Counted from the first letter of the stretch, positions 30,223-42,615 are shown. The stretch is DNA of 64,000 nt from Aulosira sp. ZfuVER01 (GCA_034530615.2 JAVRCV020000006.1:1-64000), one strand, 5' to 3'. Translations and numbers: made by a program. The notes: generated from the sequence alone by a model not told the origin.

Positions 30223-31290
30223 GTGAAAGGAAATATGCTACAGCTGACAATTTTAGTGTTTGTTGTGATTTTAGGTTCAGCAATTTGCTCTAGTGTAGAA
30301 ACTGCGCTGTTCTCTGTGTCTACTTTGAGAGTAAGACAATTAGCACAATCAAATAATCCTGCATCTGTTGCACTTTTGGCGATCCGTGAAAATATGAATC
30401 GACCAATTGCAACTATTGTTATTCTTAACAATACTTTCAATATTATCGGCAGTATTCTCACAGCTAATATTGCTAGCCAAATACTAGGAAATAAGTGGCT
30501 TGGTGTATTTTCAGGAGTATTAACTTTTTTGATTATTATCTTTGGTGAAATAGTTCCAAAGACAATAGGAGAGCGTTATGCTGAACAAATTGCCATATTT
30601 GCAGCGCTACCGATGACAGCACTTTCTATTGTCTTTACACCTTTAGTGTGGATTTTAGAAAATGTGACGGCATCCTTCTCTAAAGGTCAAAAAAGACCAA
30701 CAACAAATGAAGCTGAAATCAAACTGCTGGCGAGAATTGGTCAACAGGAGGGGATTATCCAGAGTAATGAAGCAGAAATGATTCAGCGGGTTTTTAGATT
30801 AAATGATGTCACAGCCTCTGATTTGATGACACCCCGGATTATGCTGACATATATACGCGGTCATCTCACGCTTGCTGAGGCTAAAACAGACATTATTGCT
30901 TCTCAACATACCCGGATTATTGTAGTTGATGAATCTATCGATCAAGTCATAGGATTTGCCTTAAAACAGAACTTACTCACAGCAATGGTTGAGGGTAAAA
31001 ACGATCGAGAAATTTCTACCCTAACTCGAAAAGTTAATTTTGTGCCGGAAACCATTCGAGCCGATAAACTACTAAAAAACTTTATAGAAGCCCGCGAACA
31101 TCTTGCCGTAGTGGTGGATGAATATGGAAACATCGCTGGTGTCATCACTTTGGAAGATGTATTAGAGGTGATAACTGGTGAAATTGTAGATGAGACTGAT
31201 AGAACCGTTGATCTGCAAGAGATTGCACGTAAGAAGCGAGAAAAAATGTTGCAGTCTTTTGAGAGAATCACAAACTATGCAGACTCCTAG
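30223..31290 (+). CDS. CNNM/DUF21-CBS (hemolysin C/CorB-like) membrane protein
   Basis: SSVETALFS, FGEIVPK, MTPR, VVDEYG..G.ITLED; start may be ATG 30235. Confidence 0.92.
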   Translation: MKGNMLQLTILVFVVILGSAICSSVETALFSVSTLRVRQLAQSNNPASVALLAIRENMNRPIATIVILNNTFNIIGSILTANIASQILGNKWLGVFSGVLTFLIIIFGEIVPKTIGERYAEQIAIFAALPMTALSIVFTPLVWILENVTASFSKGQKRPTTNEAEIKLLARIGQQEGIIQSNEAEMIQRVFRLNDVTASDLMTPRIMLTYIRGHLTLAEAKTDIIASQHTRIIVVDESIDQVIGFALKQNLLTAMVEGKNDREISTLTRKVNFVPETIRADKLLKNFIEAREHLAVVVDEYGNIAGVITLEDVLEVITGEIVDETDRTVDLQEIARKKREKMLQSFERITNYADS

Positions 31291-31313
31291 AACACCAGGG
31301 TATCAACCTCTTT

Positions 31314-32390
31314 TTATCTCTCTACTACTTCCCGCAGTAATTGCGCCAGCTTATCAGCACTATCGGGAATGGCGATCGCTTTTGCTTTCTCTCCCATCTT
31401 GGCTAATTCTGTTGGTGAGTGCAACAAGTTCAAAACCTGATTTTGCAAAACCTCCGCCGTCAACTCTGATTGTTGAAAGGCTAATGCTGCGCCTGCTGTT
31501 GTCAAAACCTTGGCATTGTAAGTTTGATGGTCTTCCGCTGCAAAGGGGTAAGGAATCAAAATCGCTGGTGTGCCACACACCGCCAATTCTGTTAAGCTAC
31601 CTGCACCAGAACGACTAATTGCTAAATTTGCCCGTCGCAACAATGCCGCCATATTGTCATAAAACGGTAAAGCTATATACTGCGGGTGTTTGAGACTATC
31701 TGCTTCTGGATCTTGATCTCCAGTTAAATGTACTATGTATGCTCCAGCATCAAACCAAGCGGGAGCAGATTGGCGGACTAATTTATTAATCCCAACTGCG
31801 CCTTGGCTACCACCAAAGACAATAATTAAGGGAACTCCATTAGGAATGGGTAAATCCAGCGATGCATTTATACCTTCATCTAAAAATTGCGATCGCACAG
31901 GAGTACCCACGTAGACATTTTTAGCACGAGGCAAATACTGGGCAGTAACTTCAAATCCCACTGCTACAGCCTGACACCAAGGGCCAAAAAAGCGTGTGAC
32001 TTTACCGGGTAAAGCATTAGATTCGTGAAATACCACAGGTATTCCTAAAGAACGCGCCGCAATTACCGCCGGGCCAGCAATATAACCACCTGTGGTAAAT
32101 ACGCCTTGAAATTTTCCCTGCTTGAGAATTCGTCTGACTTGCAAAATTGAAGTAAGCAGCTTACCCAAGATGCGGAGGGACGAAATACCAAAACCTTGCT
32201 GAAACCCCTCAACTGCAATAGTATGCAATGGATATTGTTTGGGAACAAGTTGAGTTTCTAAGCGGTTGGGAACACCCAACCATTCAATTTCATATTCTGG
32301 AAGTTTTTGTGCCAGTGCGATCGCTGGAAACAAGTGTCCACCCGTTCCACTAGCTGCTATTAATAACCTAGTTGGTGCTTCTTCTACCAT
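31314..32390 (-). CDS. murG: Lipid II GlcNAc transferase
   Basis: GTGGHLFP, GGY, HESN, GGSQGA, SRSGA, HQTYNA. Confidence 0.97.
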   Translation of the reverse strand: MVEEAPTRLLIAASGTGGHLFPAIALAQKLPEYEIEWLGVPNRLETQLVPKQYPLHTIAVEGFQQGFGISSLRILGKLLTSILQVRRILKQGKFQGVFTTGGYIAGPAVIAARSLGIPVVFHESNALPGKVTRFFGPWCQAVAVGFEVTAQYLPRAKNVYVGTPVRSQFLDEGINASLDLPIPNGVPLIIVFGGSQGAVGINKLVRQSAPAWFDAGAYIVHLTGDQDPEADSLKHPQYIALPFYDNMAALLRRANLAISRSGAGSLTELAVCGTPAILIPYPFAAEDHQTYNAKVLTTAGAALAFQQSELTAEVLQNQVLNLLHSPTELAKMGEKAKAIAIPDSADKLAQLLREVVER

Positions 32391-32474
32391 TAAACCCCTA
32401 CCGTTTAGCGCTTAAGCTTAACTAAGATAAAACAATTTCCCACCTTCTCTAGTAAAATCAGTAAACTCTTGCCA

Positions 32475-33347
32475 ATGACTAACATTATTACTTTATTACT
32501 GAGACGCCACCGCAAATTTCCCACCAGCATCTGGCTAATTTTATCTATACTGACATTTGGTATAGGAAGTACTTGGCAATGCACTCAAGCAAGTACACCA
32601 CGCCACTCACTACACACCGTTAAACCTCCCTCTGAGCGTTTAGCAGCTGGGAAAATCGCTCAAAACGCACCTCCCACATTGACAAATTTGTTGACACAAA
32701 TTGATACAGCTGCTAACCAAGGTGATGTAAAAAAGGTAATCGAATTCTACAGCCCTAATTTTGTTCATGGCGATGGATTAAACCGCCAAACTCTAGAAAA
32801 AGCCTTAATTGACCTTTGGAAGCGTTATCCCAAATTAAGATACTCCACTCAGTTGCAATCTTGGCAATCTGAAGGTAACACCATTGTCGCTGAAACAGTA
32901 ACTAATATAACTGGCTTACCTTCTGCTAACAGTAATAATTTAGCTCTCAATGCCACAATTAAGTCACGTCAACGCATTTCAGGTGCAAAAATCGTCCGTC
33001 AAGATATTTTGTCGGAACGTACCTTACTAACTTCAGGTAGCAAACCACCTCAAGTTGATGTTAAATTACCACAACAAGTGAAAGTTGGACAGCAATATAA
33101 TTTTGATGCGATCGTCAACGAGCCATTAGGCGACGACTTTCTTTTAGGAACAGCCATAGAAGAACCTATTCAAGCCAACAAATATCTCAACCCCACACCT
33201 GTGGATTTAGAATTACTAACCTCTGGCGGGATTTTTAAAGTCGGACGCGCACCATCTACCCCCGGTAATCAATGGATTTCTGCGGTAATCCTGCGCGGAA
33301 ATGGGATGACGATGGTCACACAGCGTCTACAAGTAGTGAAAAAGTAG
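32475..33347 (+). CDS. Exported NTF2-like domain protein
   Basis: Hydrophobic N-region; FYSPNFVHGDGL SnoaL/NTF2-like motif. Confidence 0.78.
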   Translation: MTNIITLLLRRHRKFPTSIWLILSILTFGIGSTWQCTQASTPRHSLHTVKPPSERLAAGKIAQNAPPTLTNLLTQIDTAANQGDVKKVIEFYSPNFVHGDGLNRQTLEKALIDLWKRYPKLRYSTQLQSWQSEGNTIVAETVTNITGLPSANSNNLALNATIKSRQRISGAKIVRQDILSERTLLTSGSKPPQVDVKLPQQVKVGQQYNFDAIVNEPLGDDFLLGTAIEEPIQANKYLNPTPVDLELLTSGGIFKVGRAPSTPGNQWISAVILRGNGMTMVTQRLQVVKK

Positions 33348-33502
33348 TTTGGACATGGGGCATTGGGCATTGGGCAACAATAATTTCTGAATTTTGAATT
33401 TTGAATTGTTGGTCTCCCTTCCCCAGTCTCTAGCTTCAAATCTTGGTCATTAGTTCCGAATTATTGGACAATTGACACTAGACTCTTGACTCTTGGCTAA
33501 CA

Positions 33503-34276
33503 ATGATTTCCCTGGAAAATCAAATCATTCTGATCACTGGTGCAAGTAGTGGTATTGGTACTGCTTGTGCCAGAGTTTTTGCTGGTGTGGGTGCGAAACT
33601 AATTTTAGCGGCACGACGACTGGAACGTTTACAGCACCTAGCAGATACACTCAATAAAGATTTTAATACTGAAATTCATTTGTTACAGCTAGATGTGCGC
33701 GATCGCGCTGCGGTAGAATCTGCTATTTCTAGCCTACCTCTCGCTTGGTCTGAGATTGATATTCTCATCAACAATGCTGGTCTGAGTCGCGGTTTAGACA
33801 AGTTGCACGAAGGCAGCTTTGAGGATTGGGAAGAAATGATTGATACCAATATTAAGGGCTTGCTTTACCTTACCCGCTATGTTGTGCCAGGGATGGTAAA
33901 ACGCGATCGCGGTCATGTGGTAAATATTGGTTCGATCGCTGGGCATCAAACTTACCCTAATGGCAATGTCTATTGTGGTACAAAAGCCGCTGTTAGAGCA
34001 ATTTCGGAAGGTTTAAAACAAGATTTGTTAGGCACGCCGATCAGAGTAACTTCTGTCGATCCGGGGATGGTAGAAACAGAATTTAGTGAAGTCCGCTTTC
34101 ATGGCGATAACGAACGCGCCAAAAAAGTTTACCAGGGGGTTACTCCTCTAACTCCAGACGATGTGGCTGATGTAGTATTTTTCTGCGTCACGCGATCGCC
34201 CCATGTCAATATTAATGAAGTAGTACTTATGCCCGTCGATCAAGCTAGTGCTACACTCGTTAACCGACGAACATAA
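33503..34276 (+). CDS. SDR oxidoreductase (YdfG-like)
   Basis: TGASSGIG, NNAGL, YCGTK, PGMVETEFS. Confidence 0.93.
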   Translation: MISLENQIILITGASSGIGTACARVFAGVGAKLILAARRLERLQHLADTLNKDFNTEIHLLQLDVRDRAAVESAISSLPLAWSEIDILINNAGLSRGLDKLHEGSFEDWEEMIDTNIKGLLYLTRYVVPGMVKRDRGHVVNIGSIAGHQTYPNGNVYCGTKAAVRAISEGLKQDLLGTPIRVTSVDPGMVETEFSEVRFHGDNERAKKVYQGVTPLTPDDVADVVFFCVTRSPHVNINEVVLMPVDQASATLVNRRT

Positions 34277-34434
34277 GTCTTGTTACCTGTTTGGGTTGAT
34301 GGTCTGCCTGGTTGGCAGACCTGATAATGGGGCTGTCTAAGATTAAAAGATATATGTTGGGCAGGCGATTTGATCGCTCAGTCACTTAAAAAATGTTGGT
34401 AATGACCAGCCCTTCTAGGGTAAGGACTATCTCA

Positions 34435-35916
<1,482 letters not shown>

Positions 35917-36077
35917 GTAGATTGTACCATTTTGCTTATGGATAGGAGCAAGGAGGTTAACAAATCCTGAGGTGAGCGGGTCGCCTGTCTCTTCTACTTT
36001 TAAAATGAGTAAGCGTCCATCGGCAAACAGATACTGCTTGAACCTCACATTTTCTTTACATTTATTTGTTAAAAGAA

Positions 36078-36140
36078 TAGTGTCTAAAAATAAGACGGAA
36101 TTAGAAAACTACCCCGATTGCCCGATCGGGGTTTTTATTT
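36078..36140 (+). ncRNA. Candidate small RNA, unit 1
   Basis: Short 5' hairpin GTCT..AGAC and terminator CCCCGAT-TGCCCG-ATCGGGG-TTTTT on +, with no convincing + gene upstream. Confidence 0.35.
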
Positions 36141-36203
36141 TGTCTAAATATCTGAGCGATCGCCAATCCTCAGATTTTCTTCATTTTTAGTTGATAAAAA
36201 GAA

Positions 36204-36259
36204 TACAGGTATACATTGAACCTACACGATATTCCCCGACTCTTGGGTCGGGGTTTTTT
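36204..36259 (+). ncRNA. Candidate small RNA, unit 2
   Basis: Short 5' hairpin AGGT..ACCT and terminator CCCCGAC-TCTTGG-GTCGGGG-TTTTTT on +. Confidence 0.35.
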
Positions 36260-36328
36260 CTCTTGTCAGAAGGTTTGGTAACAGTTAGAGAACTTTGGCG
36301 CTTAGCTGAAGACTCATTTGCCTCTATT

Positions 36329-37201
36329 TTAACTGCTAGTTATCGTCGGGCGATCGCCTTTTTGAAATCTGACCCATGCTTGTTGTAAAGTTGTTGGCGC
36401 AGGGTTTTTGGCATCATAGACAACAATTACATTCGTCAATGGCCGTCCGGCAGGGACTAAAATTTTACTATTAGCAGCTAAAGCTTTCGATGCACCGCCA
36501 TCTAAATTCATTGCTTCATAACAGCCAATGGCTTTCATCGCTTGCGCTTCTTGCTGCAAATTTAAAGCAATATCAAAATTCACCAAAAACAGCTTTTTGC
36601 CGTCCGCGGGAAACCCAATTGCTGTCCGCGCACCTGTGCCTAAAACCGCAGGATCTTTAAAGCCTTCAATATGTGGTTGAAGCCAAATCTCTCCTTTGCG
36701 TAAAAGTCTAGGGCCACAGGTAATCGAAAACCAATGTTGATGCCATTGAGGTTTACCATCAATCCTTGCTGTCACCATTTCTGGTTGATTCCCGACTCCC
36801 AACCCTAAGGTTGTACCAAAGTTTTCCCACTGGCTATATTTCAGAAATCTACCTTCTGCCACCATATTACCCATGACTGTTTTTTGGGCATTTTTGGCAA
36901 AAAAAGTACCATTAGCAACGACAGCAGCACGATGACGCCCTACTAGTCGGTTAAATTCTTCATCACCACTCGTTTTCTGAATAGTGTTAGCAAAAGTTGC
37001 ATTATTTGCTAAACCAATAGTAATGAAAGTTCTGGGGTCGGTGAGATCAATAATTGTTTGATAAAAAGAGATACCGTTAACCTTACCCTTCTTGACTTGT
37101 ACAGGTTGAGCCATAGCGGGTAGTGCTAGTGTTAATCCTTGTGCCAAAGCAGCACCTCCCATAAACAAGAAAGACCGCCGAAATATTTTGGAACTTGGCA
37201 T
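36329..37201 (-). CDS. Phosphodiester glycosidase (NAGPA/DUF2233) family, Tat-exported
   Basis: RRSFL Tat motif; NGTFF, RTAIG, AMNLDGGAS. Confidence 0.9.
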   Translation of the reverse strand: MPSSKIFRRSFLFMGGAALAQGLTLALPAMAQPVQVKKGKVNGISFYQTIIDLTDPRTFITIGLANNATFANTIQKTSGDEEFNRLVGRHRAAVVANGTFFAKNAQKTVMGNMVAEGRFLKYSQWENFGTTLGLGVGNQPEMVTARIDGKPQWHQHWFSITCGPRLLRKGEIWLQPHIEGFKDPAVLGTGARTAIGFPADGKKLFLVNFDIALNLQQEAQAMKAIGCYEAMNLDGGASKALAANSKILVPAGRPLTNVIVVYDAKNPAPTTLQQAWVRFQKGDRPTITSS

Positions 37202-37392
37202 AATTCACCCTGGACTATATTCTTTTTCTTAGAATGCCCAAACTCTTGCTTAATTCCGTTAAGTCAGCGTGGGGTGTGGGGAATAGGGGGATGAGCGAGA
37301 TGAGGAGAATGAGGGAGTAGGGGAAGAAATCACAAAATGACCATTGACTATTGACTCTGGACTCTTGACAAATGACCAATGCGCCATGCCCT

Positions 37393-37968
37393 ATGCCCAA
37401 ATATAGATATATTATTTTTCACAAACCTTATGGCGTTCTTAGCCAATTTACGCAGGAAACTCCCAAACACTGCACCTTGAAAGACTATATTCCGGTTCCT
37501 GATGTTTATCCTGTAGGGCGTTTAGATTGGGATAGTGAAGGGTTACTACTGCTGACGAACAATGGTCAATTGCAACATCGTCTTGCCAATCCTCGATTTG
37601 GGCATGAACGTACTTATTGGGCGCAGGTAGAACGAATTCCGGATGTAGATGCTATAAATAAGTTGCAAACAGGTGTAAGCATTCAAGATTACCGCACCCG
37701 ACCAGCAAAAGTCCGCTTATTATCAGAAGAACCAGCAGTAGGCGATCGCAATCCACCAATTAGATTTCGGAAAAATGTACCTACAGCTTGGCTAGAAATG
37801 ACTTTAACTGAAGGAAAAAATCGTCAGGTGCGACGAATGACTGCGGCTGTGGGGTTTCCGACTTTGCGATTGATCAGGGTAAGTATCGCTCACTTACAAT
37901 TACATAATCTACAACCAGGCCAGTGGCGTGACCTCACCTGTTCTGAACTAGAAATGTTTCTCGGTTGA
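37393..37968 (+). CDS. rluE: rRNA pseudouridine synthase (RsuA family, RluE-like)
   Basis: [30 protein letters not shown]. Confidence 0.88.
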   Translation: MPKYRYIIFHKPYGVLSQFTQETPKHCTLKDYIPVPDVYPVGRLDWDSEGLLLLTNNGQLQHRLANPRFGHERTYWAQVERIPDVDAINKLQTGVSIQDYRTRPAKVRLLSEEPAVGDRNPPIRFRKNVPTAWLEMTLTEGKNRQVRRMTAAVGFPTLRLIRVSIAHLQLHNLQPGQWRDLTCSELEMFLG

Positions 37969-38387
37969 ACAACTAAAACTTATTCATGAGTGCTGAGTGC
38001 AATTAATTTTCATTTTTACTCAGCAATCAGCACTGCTTCGGTGAATTGATTAAATATTTACCCGAGCAAATACTTATTTAATAAGTACTATTACTTATTC
38101 TCTTTTCAAGAGATTACTAAGCAAGAGTATGCTGATTTAATTTACTTTCATACAGCAGATAACAGATTAATTGTGATTTTTAAAATAAAAACCAAAATAA
38201 TGTATTTTACTAAACATATTGATCCGCTATTTTTAACTAAAAATTACAAATAACAAAATAGCGATTATATTTGTTACATAAGTTTTTATTTGCCCTTTGA
38301 CAAAAATCAATTTAGAAGCAGTATAATAATCTTTTTTTATTCCTGCCCTTGTCTGTATCAGCCTTTGGGTGCAAGTTATTAAGTCTT

Positions 38388-40118
38388 ATGAGCCGCAATC
38401 AGCAATCGATATGGCATGACACTCACCAACAACAAGATATCTTGTCTGCAACGCCTGCACGCTTGGAACTTGTACCTGAACGAGTCTGTGATTTAGAACT
38501 TTCCACAGCAGAAACTCTGCATCGTAACCAAGAGGAACTTAAGTTCTATCGTAGACTTTATGAAAATATTCCTTCTGTATATTTCAGTTTAGATACAACC
38601 GGAATAATTTTATCTGTCAATCAGTTTGGTGCCAGATGTCTTGGATACACGGTAGAAGAATTAGTTGACAAGTCTGTTTTTAACTTATTTGAACAGTCAG
38701 ACAAACAAAGATTATTTAATGCATTTGGCGAGCTATTCCAGAATTCATCTAATAGCGAAGATGCCAATTGGGAATTTCGGTTAGATTGTCCTGGTAGTAA
38801 GATTTTATGGGTAAAAGTTGTAGCGCGCTTCTTACCTGATGAGGATGAAAATTATCTGATAGATGCTGACCCTATTGATAAATGTCCGCAAAACAATCCC
38901 CATATTCTCATGGTTTTAGAAGACATTACTGTTCACAAACAGGCGGAAGATGCTTTACGAGAAAGCGAACAACGCTTTCACACTATGGCTAATACCGCAC
39001 CAGTAATGTTATGGATGGCAGGATGTGATGGACTGTTTACCTTTTTTAATCAATCTTGGTTAAAATTTACTGGACGTAGTATGGAGCAACAGCAAGGTTT
39101 AGGCTGGCTCCAAGGAGTACATCCACAAGACCAAGAATTGTGCCAAGAAATATACTATTCTGCCTTTCATGCTAGAGGCAAATTTGAGATGGAATACCGA
39201 CTCAAACGTCATGATGGCGAATATCGTTGGATTTTAGATAGTGGTGTTCCTCGATTTACGCCCAATGGCAAATTTGTTGGTTACATTGGATGCTGCATAG
39301 ATATTACAGAGCGTAAGTTAGCAGAAGTTGCGTTAAAAGACAGCCAAGAAGCTGTACAGGCCCAATTAGAGGAAATGGAAAGCCTCAATCGCCTCAAAGA
39401 TGAATTTCTGAGTACAGTTTCTCATGAACTACGCACGCCACTAACTAATATGAAAATGGCGATTCAAATGCTAGGAATCGCACTAAATCAAGAGCAAAAC
39501 TTTTTGTCAGAAATGGCAAAGCCACCAGCAGAACGCTCAAAAGCATCTCGCTATTATCAAATTTTAGATAATGAGTGCGATCGCGAAATTAATCTCATTA
39601 GTAACTTCTTAGATTTGCAACGGTTAGATACAGGTGCCAAGCCTTTAGTACTAGAAACTATTCAAGTACAGCAATGGCTGTGGCGAGTGGTAGAAGTCTT
39701 TAAAGCACGCAACCGCAACTCCTGTGAGCAAAAATTGCGCCTTAGTGTAGCAGCTAATCTTCCTTTACTAGCCTGCGATCCATTCAGCCTAGAACGCATT
39801 TTAATAGAACTGCTGACCAATGCCTGTAAATTCAGCCCTCCAGATGCAGAAATCACTATTTCCGCGCAATTAAAATCTCATAATATCCAATTTCAAGTAA
39901 TCAATTCCGGTGTAGAAATTCCTAGCTCTGAACTACCGCGAATTTTCGATAAATTTTACCGCATTCCCAGTAACGATCCTTGGAAGCAGGGTGGCACTGG
40001 ATTAGGTTTAGCATTAGTACAGAAACTAACCAAACACTTAGGAGGAACAATCGAGGTTGAAAGTGGGTCAAACCTTACCTGCTTTGCTATCCAACTACCG
40101 CTGAGTACTGAGGTGTGA
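38388..40118 (+). CDS. Cytoplasmic PAS-PAS sensor histidine kinase
   Basis: Two PAS/PAC domains, SHELRTPL H-box, NACKF, GGTGLGL. Confidence 0.93.
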   Translation: MSRNQQSIWHDTHQQQDILSATPARLELVPERVCDLELSTAETLHRNQEELKFYRRLYENIPSVYFSLDTTGIILSVNQFGARCLGYTVEELVDKSVFNLFEQSDKQRLFNAFGELFQNSSNSEDANWEFRLDCPGSKILWVKVVARFLPDEDENYLIDADPIDKCPQNNPHILMVLEDITVHKQAEDALRESEQRFHTMANTAPVMLWMAGCDGLFTFFNQSWLKFTGRSMEQQQGLGWLQGVHPQDQELCQEIYYSAFHARGKFEMEYRLKRHDGEYRWILDSGVPRFTPNGKFVGYIGCCIDITERKLAEVALKDSQEAVQAQLEEMESLNRLKDEFLSTVSHELRTPLTNMKMAIQMLGIALNQEQNFLSEMAKPPAERSKASRYYQILDNECDREINLISNFLDLQRLDTGAKPLVLETIQVQQWLWRVVEVFKARNRNSCEQKLRLSVAANLPLLACDPFSLERILIELLTNACKFSPPDAEITISAQLKSHNIQFQVINSGVEIPSSELPRIFDKFYRIPSNDPWKQGGTGLGLALVQKLTKHLGGTIEVESGSNLTCFAIQLPLSTEV

Positions 40119-40383
40119 AACAAGAGAGTTCAAAGTCAATGGTCAATAGTCATCATTAATTATTCATTATTCCTTGTCCCCCTGCTCCTCCCTTTTAAAG
40201 AAATTAGCTTGCCGATATCTAAAATATTTAGCTAATATGCGTCACAATTAATACTGCCACCAAAATTCACCAGTGAAACCACAATTTTTTATTAGGTCTA
40301 CTGTAGGCAGGGGTAGCAAGTTGTGGCACTTTGGATCTTGAGTGGCTAGAAGCACCTTGGAACGGGAATGAGGAACTTCCACT

Positions 40384-42369
40384 ATGCTGATTTGCCCTCA
40401 GTGTAAATTTGAAAACTCCAATACCAATAAATTCTGCCAAAACTGTGGTGCATCCCTGACCCAGATTGTCTGTCATGAATGCAGTACTTCCGTACCTGTA
40501 AACGCACAAAGTTGTCCTAACTGTGGCACAGACTGCGGAACAGTTTGGTTGGCAATTATTGGCAAACAAGCCACTGGTAGCGAGGAACTAGGAACTGGGG
40601 GCGATGGGGAAAATGAGGAAACAAAGAAAGATGAGGACGCAATATCTTCTCCATCTCCTACGCCTATTAGCTCCCCGCTCGTAGTAGGCTCTTATTTAGA
40701 TCTAGAGCAACGTTATCAATTATTAGAGCCGCTACCAAGCGTAGAAGAACTTGCAGCTAATACTGAAGTTTGTATTCAAGTCTTAGACTGCCAACCATAT
40801 CAAATCTCACCTCTTTTGGCGATGTTAGAAAATCGCCAAAAGGGGCTAGTAACACCATCAGTAGAAGCAAGTGGAATTCCCCAACTTGCTAAACCTTATA
40901 TAGCCTTACAACCACAGGGACATCCAGGAATCCCGCCAATTCATGATGCATGGCAAAAAGATGATATACAGGTCGTACTCATCCAAGACCGCTCGAATTG
41001 GCCGCGTTTACTTGACCAGTGGCAAGAAAACACCACAAGTTCATTGCAAATTTTACACTGGTGCTATCAGATGACCCAATTGTGGGCAGTCTTAGAACCA
41101 GTGAATTGTTGTCCAAGTCTTTTGGATTTATCGAATTTGCTATTGGATGAAGACCAAACACTGACGCTAGGGCGCTTATATTCGGAACAATTTAATGATG
41201 TGCTAGCAAATTTAGCAGAGCAAACATCTGTTGAACAAGAGCAGTCTTTAACAATCAAAGCTTTGGGACGAGTTTGGCAGTCCCTCTTTAGACAGTCTCA
41301 ACGCACTCAATTTGGCTCCATAGTCCAGATGTTAGGGGATTTGGAACTAGGTAAGATTGAAACGATCGCTCAATTGCGATCGCGTTTAGAAGAAATGTCT
41401 AGCGAAATCGTAGCACCGACAATTGAAACTTTACCCCCAACAGAGGAACAGTACACCACTGCACCAACAATTCTGCAATTTGATGAGCTAGACGATTTCA
41501 ACGCCAAAAACGACGATATGCCCACAGTTGTCCTCCCCATGCAGTTAAGCAGCTTGCAAGATACAGGACAAACTGATGTGGGTCGTCAACGTCATCACAA
41601 TGAAGACTACTTTGGCATTGAAACCAACATTAACAAACTAGAGTTACCTCGAACTAGAGTTCTGCAAGCCCGTGGTTTATATATTCTCTGCGACGGTATG
41701 GGGGGACACGCTGGCGGCGAGGTAGCTAGTGAGTTAGCAGTCAATACCCTGCGCCAATATTTTCAAGAACATTGGATTGCCAATCAACTGCCCACAGAAG
41801 ACGATATCCGTGAAGCAGTATATCTAGCAAATCAGGCAATTTACGATCTTAATCAAAAAGACGCCCGTTCTGGAGTTGGGCGCATGGGTACTACCCTAGT
41901 TATGCTCTTAATTCAGGACAGCCACGCCGCAGTTGCTCATGTAGGAGATAGCCGCCTTTATTGCGTAACTCATAAACGGGGATTGGAACAAATTACAGTC
42001 GATCACGAAGTCGGTCAACGAGAAATTACTAGAGGAGTAGAAGCCAGCATTGCTTATGCGCGTCCCGATGCTTACCAACTTACCCAAGCCCTAGGGCCGC
42101 GTGACGAACACTCGATTAATCCTGATGTAGAGTTTTTCGAGATTAATGAAGATACTCTCTTCATACTGGCCTCGGATGGTTTATCGGATAATGATTTACT
42201 AGAAAGCCATTGGCAAACACATTTACTTCCTTTGCTTGGCTCTGGTACTAATTTAGAAGCCGGTGTCACAGACTTAATTGATTTGGCAAACCAATACAAT
42301 GGTCATGACAATATTACCGCTATCCTGATCCGAGCAAAAGTGCGTCCAAATTTGGACAGTTCAAGATAA
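40384..42369 (+). CDS. PP2C Ser/Thr phosphatase with N-terminal double zinc ribbon
   Basis: Four CxxC pairs; R..NED, CDGMGG, HVGDSR, SDGL, GHDNIT. Confidence 0.93.
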   Translation: MLICPQCKFENSNTNKFCQNCGASLTQIVCHECSTSVPVNAQSCPNCGTDCGTVWLAIIGKQATGSEELGTGGDGENEETKKDEDAISSPSPTPISSPLVVGSYLDLEQRYQLLEPLPSVEELAANTEVCIQVLDCQPYQISPLLAMLENRQKGLVTPSVEASGIPQLAKPYIALQPQGHPGIPPIHDAWQKDDIQVVLIQDRSNWPRLLDQWQENTTSSLQILHWCYQMTQLWAVLEPVNCCPSLLDLSNLLLDEDQTLTLGRLYSEQFNDVLANLAEQTSVEQEQSLTIKALGRVWQSLFRQSQRTQFGSIVQMLGDLELGKIETIAQLRSRLEEMSSEIVAPTIETLPPTEEQYTTAPTILQFDELDDFNAKNDDMPTVVLPMQLSSLQDTGQTDVGRQRHHNEDYFGIETNINKLELPRTRVLQARGLYILCDGMGGHAGGEVASELAVNTLRQYFQEHWIANQLPTEDDIREAVYLANQAIYDLNQKDARSGVGRMGTTLVMLLIQDSHAAVAHVGDSRLYCVTHKRGLEQITVDHEVGQREITRGVEASIAYARPDAYQLTQALGPRDEHSINPDVEFFEINEDTLFILASDGLSDNDLLESHWQTHLLPLLGSGTNLEAGVTDLIDLANQYNGHDNITAILIRAKVRPNLDSSR

Positions 42370-42387
42370 ATGTAGCTAGGGAGAAAA

Positions 42388-42584
42388 AGCAGGGGAGCAG
42401 GGAGCAGGGGGAGAGAAGGAGACAAAGGGGACAAGGAGGACAAGGGGGACAAGAAATTTTAGATTTTAGATTTTGGATTAGATTTCAATCTAAAATCCAA
42501 AATCGTAAATCCGAAATCCAAAATTGTTTCCAATACCCAATGCCCAATGCCCAATGCCCAATGCCCAATGCCCAATGCCCAACG
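42388..42584. repeat. Composite STRR array (GGACAAG 9-mers, inverted AAAATCC arrays, CCCAATG heptamers)
   Basis: Directly visible tandem units, e.g. cccaatg repeated at 42536-42580. Confidence 0.9.
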
Positions 42585-42615
42585 CTCTAATCCTTTTACC
42601 TTATGAGTTTGTATT

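Noticed and set aside
30108..31618. Antisense or overlapping ORFs of 100-140 aa (and similar shadows elsewhere)
   Set aside because: Shadow frames of well-supported genes with no motifs of their own
36043..36267. Tandem units as a mini-CRISPR
   Set aside because: Only two degenerate units, no identical 25-40 nt repeats, and each ends in a terminator
42388..42584. Tandem repeats as a possible CRISPR array
   Set aside because: 7-9 nt units with no unique spacers and no cas genes; typical Nostocales STRR
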